63,685 nucleotides of DNA, from positions 1 to 63,685 of the IMG/VR virus record IMGVR_UViG_3300012943_000034. One strand, 5' to 3'. A program made the translations under genes and the position numbers. Under the pieces are notes generated by a model. That model searched no databases. It saw only the letters and a list, made by a program, of their open reading frames with translations, and was not told the origin of the DNA. Within the stretch, counting starts at the first letter, position 1. Each line of letters begins with the position of its first letter. The stretch is from a virus. Its lineage: Duplodnaviria; Caudoviricetes. Shown in pieces: positions 57,294-63,685 of the stretch.

Positions 57294-58789
57294 TAAAACG
57301 CCTTCGGTGCTCCATTAGGATACATTCTAGTTCCAAGTTCTTCTGCAACTAATTGTTGAACAGACTTCTCGGGATTCACAGGTGTAGTATCTGGTGCCAC
57401 GTAGTTAGGCCCGGCATCTACTGGTATCTCAACGATGTTATTCTTTCCTGTTCCGTCCATAGGTTGTGGCTTCGTATTCGCATCTTCTGTTGATTCAAGC
57501 GGCTCTGGTAATGAAGCTGCTTTCATTAAATGTTTCTCTAGCTCTGGGTTCGGGAACAATGGGTAACCTGATGATGCCAAGTTTGTTAAGTAAGTGCCTA
57601 GTTCTGCAAGGTCTTGAGACTCTAGGTCACCATGACAAAGCTTTGGGTACTCCGAAACTTTAAGGTTATTGAGATCACATAATTGTGGAATAGCATGGCG
57701 GTTAAATGTGTCGCAAATGATCTGTAGAAATGCGCCAATCGCTTGGGCAAATAATTGTGTCTTAGATGAGGCAAGTGCAAATGATCCAACCTTCTCATGC
57801 CCCAACAAAATGAAGTCAGCTAATGCAGACATCGCAATGCGCTGGTCATATCTCTGTACGATTTTATCTGTATCAAACTGTCTAGAACCACCTGTGCTAA
57901 GAAGCTTTAAGTCGTACATTAGATTTCCATTTGCGTCGTATGCTGAAGGGAATACAACGCCTTCCTGCTCATCTCTTCTAATGTTTGTAACGATTGTTTT
58001 GATCAATTCTAGTGTGTGCTTTTGATCTGCAGATGCACAGTTAGATAATAACTCTGGCGGTACAAGTGCAACTGGTAACCCTGCAAGGTCACGCTCGATA
58101 CCAATACCCTCGATGTTCTCAATGTTCTTTTTCATGTACCATGAGCGATAAGCGTTACGGAAAATAGACTTACCTTCTGGATTGTTCTTAGCTGAAGTTG
58201 TTCTAAATAATAAAGCCTTCTCCATTGGGATTGTAGTCATGTGGAAGTGAGGTGGTGACAACTGTTCAACGCCCATGATGTCTCCGTTGTCTGCAAAGAT
58301 CCATCTGTATAAAGTGTCTTGCGATCTAATAGGTAAACGCTTCCAGCCGATTTTCCCGTCATTAAATTTAGATGAATCATCAGGAGTTAATTGCTTACCC
58401 AATCTCTTTTTAAATACTTTTTCGTGATAAGAGTGGCCGTACCCAATGAACGAGAGGATCTCTGAAATAGTATCCGTCCAAGTGTCTGACATATCGTGCA
58501 TACATGATTCAACAAACTCCGCTGCCTCTATATCAAACTTTTGTTCAGAGCCGGGTTGTATTCTCCAGTCTACTCCACGTGTGAGTGTTTGGATTGCGTA
58601 CATGATCGCACCAACAATAGGATCGTTATTGAGCATCTCTTTATAGACTTCAATACCTTTCCAGCCCGTAAGCTCCTGAAGGAATTCCTCGAAGATGAAT
58701 CCTGAATATCTTTTGAGTCCGGTTTGACCCAGTTGTCTCATATCTAATACGGTTGGCTTTTGACTTTCTTCTGCCATTATTTCCTCCAA
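57293..58789 (-). CDS. portal protein (DUF935-like)
   Basis: Follows terminase; NPEGKSIFR, GIERDLAGLP, GSFALA. Confidence 0.88.
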   Translation of the reverse strand: MEEIMAEESQKPTVLDMRQLGQTGLKRYSGFIFEEFLQELTGWKGIEVYKEMLNNDPIVGAIMYAIQTLTRGVDWRIQPGSEQKFDIEAAEFVESCMHDMSDTWTDTISEILSFIGYGHSYHEKVFKKRLGKQLTPDDSSKFNDGKIGWKRLPIRSQDTLYRWIFADNGDIMGVEQLSPPHFHMTTIPMEKALLFRTTSAKNNPEGKSIFRNAYRSWYMKKNIENIEGIGIERDLAGLPVALVPPELLSNCASADQKHTLELIKTIVTNIRRDEQEGVVFPSAYDANGNLMYDLKLLSTGGSRQFDTDKIVQRYDQRIAMSALADFILLGHEKVGSFALASSKTQLFAQAIGAFLQIICDTFNRHAIPQLCDLNNLKVSEYPKLCHGDLESQDLAELGTYLTNLASSGYPLFPNPELEKHLMKAASLPEPLESTEDANTKPQPMDGTGKNNIVEIPVDAGPNYVAPDTTPVNPEKSVQQLVAEELGTRMYPNGAPKAF

Positions 58790-60273
58790 AGCGACGGTTT
58801 ATCGAAACTGACTGGTGCCCATCCGGTAAGCGGTGTCCTAGTAGTTAGATCATTCACTGCTTGCGATGTTGAGTCAACTTGGTCATCGTTTTTACCATAC
58901 GGGAAAAAACTCCATTCGTTAACATAATCATCGACCCATAGTGCTATTTCTCGACTTGGTAGATATAGGTTCCCTGACTCGGCTTGCGGTGAAATTGCTT
59001 GGGCACGAGCCAGCTTTGTACCATTCGGTTTAACTGCTATGATTCCAGTGATTTTAGATTTAAGTGTATCAATGAGGGCTGCTCCGTTGGCCGCATCCTC
59101 TACTAATTTACGGGTAGCACGAGGCCATTTTGCAGACATTGCCTCAAACGCTCTTAGTTGCTGAGTAAATCCCATTTGGGCACGGACCTGATCTAGTAGG
59201 TATTTGTCTGCACCCTTACGGCCCCAAACTTGGCCCACTGTGTAGTCGTTATTTTTACCATCTTTGTATGTTAAATCCCATGACTGGATAAGCTCATCAA
59301 ACTCTGGGAGTTCAGCATACGATTTATAATACTTCCACCACTCACGATTAATTACTGAGCCGCCTTCTGGTGCCGGGTTCTGCTGGTAAAGTGCTGACCA
59401 TGCACGAGAAGAGGTGGCTTTCACAGCTTTCATATCTTCTGGTGTAAACACTTCAGGCCATAGCATCTCGCCTATTTGACGTGGATCTTCTGGGTTCGAG
59501 TCATCGTATTTTTCTGCAGGCAAAGACAAAACAACCCACTGATCTGCGTCAGGCATCTTCTTCATAAAGTCTAGGAGCATTCCAGATAGATCGCCCTCAT
59601 GCCATCGAGTTTGGGTAATTAGGATCCGGCCGGGGTTCCCATGTGAGTCAGGTCTTACCCTTGATCTCGCAGTAGTTACGAACCAGTTAAAGTTTCTGAG
59701 TCTAATAACTTCTGAGTCGGCTTCTTGCTGGTTCTTTACAGGGTCATCAATAATTAAAGTGTTCGCAGTTTTACCAGTGAGAGAACCGCCCACACCCACC
59801 GCATGGTACTTTCCTCTACGTCCAATTATCTCAAACATACTGGCGTTGTTCTTCCACCCGTCTTGGCCTTTCGCAATTTGAGTTGATGGGAAAAGGCTTT
59901 TGTACTTAGGTGTTTCCATGATTCTGTTTACGTCTGATTTAAACGTCTGCGTGAATTGTGCACCATAAGTTGCGGCAATGATCTGATGGTCAGGATCTTT
60001 CCCCAATATAAATGGAGGCAGCCTACGTGAGACCATCTCTGATTTACCAATTTGAGGCTGAATAAAGATCATCAAACGTGTGATCTCAAAGTTAAGAAAC
60101 TTCTCTAAATATTTATCAATTAATCTGTGATGCCAATTTAATTTGAATTCAGGGAATGTGTATTTAGTAAATGCGAGGTAGTTCTCCGAGGCTACTAAGC
60201 CGACCTTCTCCATCTGTACGTCGTAGGCCTGATCAATAGCTTTGTCGACAACATCACTATTCATCTTGTTCAT
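58777..60273 (-). CDS. terL: terminase large subunit
   Basis: QPQIGKS, LIIDDPVK, TRWHEGDL, LYQQNP, SWD, KNDDQVDS. Confidence 0.95.
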   Translation of the reverse strand: MNKMNSDVVDKAIDQAYDVQMEKVGLVASENYLAFTKYTFPEFKLNWHHRLIDKYLEKFLNFEITRLMIFIQPQIGKSEMVSRRLPPFILGKDPDHQIIAATYGAQFTQTFKSDVNRIMETPKYKSLFPSTQIAKGQDGWKNNASMFEIIGRRGKYHAVGVGGSLTGKTANTLIIDDPVKNQQEADSEVIRLRNFNWFVTTARSRVRPDSHGNPGRILITQTRWHEGDLSGMLLDFMKKMPDADQWVVLSLPAEKYDDSNPEDPRQIGEMLWPEVFTPEDMKAVKATSSRAWSALYQQNPAPEGGSVINREWWKYYKSYAELPEFDELIQSWDLTYKDGKNNDYTVGQVWGRKGADKYLLDQVRAQMGFTQQLRAFEAMSAKWPRATRKLVEDAANGAALIDTLKSKITGIIAVKPNGTKLARAQAISPQAESGNLYLPSREIALWVDDYVNEWSFFPYGKNDDQVDSTSQAVNDLTTRTPLTGWAPVSFDKPSLWRK

Positions 60274-60829
60274 TTTTGTACTCTCTCATCGAATCAATCT
60301 TGGCATCATCATACCCAAGCTCTTCTAACAGTTTTGTTGCCTCACGGATCTCTTTCAACTTCTCACCAGATGCAAGCTCATGCGTATGTCTAATTGGCTT
60401 CTCCGGATCTCCTTCGATAACCCGTCTGTCAGAATAGTCGTGCATATTCTTCATCAGCATTGCCCACATACCTTGCGCTGGTGTCGTCGCCTCATACTCT
60501 CTGTCGTATAAAGCATTGCCTTGCTTGTCGAACACCACGTTGCCCGCTTTGTCTCTCACCACTGTTTCTTTTGTGATACGACGGAGCTGACCCATCGCCC
60601 CCATTTTGCCTATGTCCTCATAGAACTTAAGAGAGTATTCTTTACCCATGTTTTTGGCGTACAAGAATTCTGAGTGTTCTCTAGTCCAATTATATAATGT
60701 AGTGCGGCAAGTATGTACAATAGCTCCAAAAGATTCAAAGGAGTTTCCTTCTTTCATGTGCTTTATGAGCATCTCGCAGTATTCAGGTTTATATAAGGTA
60801 GGTTGTCCCGCCACTATCCCTCCGGCCAT
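60257..60829 (-). CDS. terS: terminase small subunit
   Basis: GQPTLYKPEYC, helix-turn-helix TLYNW..EH.EF; upstream of terL. Confidence 0.85.
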   Translation of the reverse strand: MAGGIVAGQPTLYKPEYCEMLIKHMKEGNSFESFGAIVHTCRTTLYNWTREHSEFLYAKNMGKEYSLKFYEDIGKMGAMGQLRRITKETVVRDKAGNVVFDKQGNALYDREYEATTPAQGMWAMLMKNMHDYSDRRVIEGDPEKPIRHTHELASGEKLKEIREATKLLEELGYDDAKIDSMREYKNEQDE

Positions 60830-61009
60830 GTAATTATTAATTGAATAAATTAATTATGGCAATTGATTGATTAGAGTGGAAGACCGGATTAAGGCGAGGA
60901 CCTCACACCTACCGCCTATGTATGAAGTAGGCAGCAGACAACGATGTGTGGGTCCTCTTAGATAGTAATTGGATTAGAATTAATACTGACTCTCTATCGG
61001 CCTAAGCTT

Positions 61010-62235
61010 CCGTTTCTTAAATATTATTTAATATTATTACGTAATATTCTTACAATTTAGACGTCTTTTAAAATGCTTCTAAATTGCTAAATGATTCCAA
61101 TGGGTTGAATGACTTAATGTAAAGATATGTAAAGTGATTCCTGCTTACATTGTAAATTCAGATAGTTACCCGGGTAAGGTTTCTTGCTTACAGTGTATGC
61201 AAGTGTTTACAAGTGTACACACCTGTTAACACCAAGAAATTATACCCGATGTGATATAAAAATGGGTGATGTGACACAAATTATACTCGATCGGGTATAA
61301 CACTGTTATAGGTCTTCTGAGATTTTTAAGGCTTTTTCCGGGATTTTTTTGTCGATTTCAGGGATAACGGGTCCGATTTCTGGGTTTTAGTGGCGGCCCG
61401 AGGGTTCTCGCCCATGCTCTAGATCACAAAACGAGATGGCCCTCGGTTTAAGCAACACCACAAGTCAATTTAATATATATTATTTAATACGCAATATCTT
61501 TTTGCGCATTTGACGTCAGAATTGACGCCTGAGTATCCAATTAATATTTTGTAATATTAATACAACAAGTTTGTAGATTAATATTAATGATATTTCTTAT
61601 ATCATAAGATTGTTTCTCTAATGATTACAGGTACTTCTCTTCAATAGTTAATGTCAGCAGTAACTTCTAGGAGATTCTTTCTACAATTTCTAGTGATTTT
61701 GTTGCAGAAAAACGGCAACTTTTTTATTGCCGATCAGGAACAAAATTATAGCTTTCACTACTATCGAATATGGCTAGACCTATAAGCGTTTCTTATGGAT
61801 GAATGATGATGTGTAGCGAGCGTGTTACACATGGTTGATAATAATATCAATACTGGTTTATAAAAAGGTTGGTCTTTTAGCCAACTGGAGTTGGGTTTTG
61901 TGATTATTCGCATAAGTACGCATATTATATACAAAGGGGGTCTCATGTATGTATACATCTATACGTGGAGGAATTCCAATAACTTGATGTACCTCGTCAC
62001 AAACTTTTATACATTCGGACACACGCTTCACGCATAAATTATGCAAAAATGTATGAATAAACTCACTCGGCTGATCTTATTTGAACTACTAAAACTAGTA
62101 GATGCCAGTAATTGGCTAGTAGATCGCTAGTAAAGAAAAATGAAGATTTCTTTACTTACGGGTTTTCTTAGTAACGTTCAATTGAGTAAATTTGATCAAA
62201 TTTGATTAAAACCGATCAATTTGCACGGTTTCTGC
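61010..62235. repeat. Palindrome array B (non-coding) flanking a candidate packaging site
   Basis: More than 20 distinct inverted repeats, e.g. TTATACTCGATCGGGTATAA, AAATTTGATCAAATTT, TTACCCGGGTAA. Confidence 0.8.
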
Positions 62236-62241
62236 AATGTG

Positions 62242-62880
62242 TTACAGACGTTTGAACAGCATATAATGACCGCAATCGCCGTTGAATCTGTAGGTGCGCT
62301 CCAAAATTCTCTCTTCAGTGTAGACCAATTTAAAAGACTTTTTACCCAACATGATGTGGTAGTCCTCAACCGATCTGGGCGTACAACAATGATCCATGGG
62401 ATTGTTAAGATCTCCTGACTTTCTAAGCGGGTTGGTCTCTTCAGTTAAAAGAACGTAGCCACCCTTTTTAGTGATGCGAGCTATTTCTGCAGCGGCCTCG
62501 ATTGCTTCAGATGTTCTGAGATGCTGGAGAACTGTGTGCGATAAAACTAGGTTAAAATGTTCTACGGGGAACACTTTTTGAGCCAAACTTTTGACGTGTG
62601 AAACGCTCACCTGAGGATAGAGCTGCTGGGCTTTCTCAAACAAGATGTCTTCCCTCTCCACGGCGCAAACCTTGAGTGCGAGCTCAACTAAAACGCCTAG
62701 GTTCCTTCCAAAGCCACATCCGAAGTCTAAAGCTGATAACATTTTGTATGCGTTATGACTGCTCCACCCGCAATTTTCAGATACGATCCTTCTAATATCA
62801 GACCATTCGCTATGGCAACGGGCTGCAAATTCTGGAAAGTCTGCGTCTACAACATCTTTGATCTGGTACTGGTATCTCAT
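62242..62880 (-). CDS. class I SAM methyltransferase
   Basis: ALDFGCGFGR, VER, FNLVLSHTVLQHL, RITKKGG. Confidence 0.88.
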   Translation of the reverse strand: MRYQYQIKDVVDADFPEFAARCHSEWSDIRRIVSENCGWSSHNAYKMLSALDFGCGFGRNLGVLVELALKVCAVEREDILFEKAQQLYPQVSVSHVKSLAQKVFPVEHFNLVLSHTVLQHLRTSEAIEAAAEIARITKKGGYVLLTEETNPLRKSGDLNNPMDHCCTPRSVEDYHIMLGKKSFKLVYTEERILERTYRFNGDCGHYMLFKRL

Positions 62881-63077
62881 TTTTCCTCGAATTTATATTT
62901 TACGACCTTGCCCACTTGTGAGCGAGGTATCTCCTCGGTTGGCAGGAATACTACGATCTGTTTTTCTTTATAGGTGATCTGAAAGAACAAGCCTACTCCT
63001 TCGAGCGGATAGCTCATACCTTTCATCTTTACTACGTTTTGAACCACTGAATTATCTGACTTGGGTTTGGTAGCCAT
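62877..63077 (-). CDS. hypothetical protein
   Basis: Coupled ORF. Confidence 0.5.
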   Translation of the reverse strand: MATKPKSDNSVVQNVVKMKGMSYPLEGVGLFFQITYKEKQIVVFLPTEEIPRSQVGKVVKYKFEEK

Positions 63078-63685
63078 GATTCGAGAGTAACAGGAAGAAC
63101 ACGAGCTACGTCAACTGCTTCTACGCAATTCGCTGGGGTTTGGTAAACGTCCCAAACGCCCCCTAGTGAGAAGTCTTTCATATTGTAGCCCATTTGACCG
63201 TTCCTCATGTGGGTAAGTAAATGAGGCTGCTTTACGGTTGCCAGATAAGCGATCTTCGCCTCTCCTGCTGCCGCAATATGGAGTGGTGCTGAATCATTTG
63301 TTATGACGTGCTTAGATTTAACGCATAGCCACATTAGGTCTGACAAGGACAGCTTGTTTCTCAAATCATAAACTCGGTCTGTGCAAGGGCTGAAGTCCAA
63401 TACACCACGAGCTGAATCCATTTGATCTCCAACAATTACTGGGTACAAACCGTTTGCTTCACACTCTCGAATACACTTCTGCCACCAGCTTGCAGGGATG
63501 GTCTTAGACTGCCAATGTTTCCCCGGGTGCATTAGGACCATGTGATCACCTACAAACTCTTGCAAGTCCATCTCTGATTCTTCTCTAGTAATTTTTAAGT
63601 TCAGCTCCCAATACTTAGGCGGGAGATCTCTTCCAAACATTGCAAGGCAAGGGTAGTTTACAGAGTGGATAAGAAGTTGTTGGAA
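63032..63685 (-). CDS. GT9 glycosyltransferase, 3' part (gene starts at 429 across the origin)
   Basis: HPGKHWQSKT, DLRNKLS, TNDSAPLHIAAAGEA. Confidence 0.85.
   Translation of the reverse strand, partial: FQQLLIHSVNYPCLAMFGRDLPPKYWELNLKITREESEMDLQEFVGDHMVLMHPGKHWQSKTIPASWWQKCIRECEANGLYPVIVGDQMDSARGVLDFSPCTDRVYDLRNKLSLSDLMWLCVKSKHVITNDSAPLHIAAAGEAKIAYLATVKQPHLLTHMRNGQMGYNMKDFSLGGVWDVYQTPANCVEAVDVARVLPVTLESWLPNPSQIIQWFKT
63563..63685. repeat. Terminal direct repeat copy 2
   Basis: Identical to 1-123. Confidence 0.95.

Noticed and set aside
38505-58646. Numerous plus-strand ORFs opposite structural genes
   Set aside because: Antisense shadows of well-supported minus-strand genes with no recognisable motifs
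61761-62046. Short ORFs inside the palindrome arrays (also 26939..27175)
   Set aside because: No convincing RBS or protein-like features; sequence symmetry explains the region better
63563-63685. 123-bp terminal repeat as a biological terminal repeat
   Set aside because: It falls inside a GT9 gene that reads through the join; best explained as assembler overlap
1-63685. Alternative genetic code, and a specific host assignment such as Bdellovibrionota
   Set aside because: The standard code gives dense intact genes; host clues (spanins, barrel, Gly-resume tag, RCC1 proteins) support only a Gram-negative host without a database search

Overview
This window is an apparently complete, AT-rich tailed-phage genome: bases 1-123 equal 63563-63685, giving a 63,562-bp circle. 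It has a myovirus gene set (terminase, portal, MuF-like head protein, protease/scaffold, capsid, sheath, tube, frameshifted chaperone, short tape measure, baseplate, fibres and three tandem RCC1-repeat proteins). Spanin-like genes and an outer-membrane beta-barrel point to a Gram-negative host. Replication and recombination genes are lambda-like (O/P-type pair, RecE/RecT-like, RecU-like); I saw no integrase, DNA polymerase, reverse transcriptase or CRISPR array. Accessory content: a 7-deazaguanine DNA-modification operon without queC (QueD, QueE, FolE, DpdL-like, DpdA-like) coupled to a GT-B glycosyltransferase and a ParB-domain gene; a tmRNA; three GT9 glycosyltransferases beside SAM methyltransferases; and a NUDIX-methyltransferase-protease head polyprotein whose protease fold appears split onto the scaffold gene. 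The least explained signal is two non-coding tracts (about 26.7-27.1 kb and 61.0-62.2 kb) packed with many different short palindromes, possibly decoy arrays for host DNA-binding proteins. Product calls come from motif recognition by eye; no database search was run.
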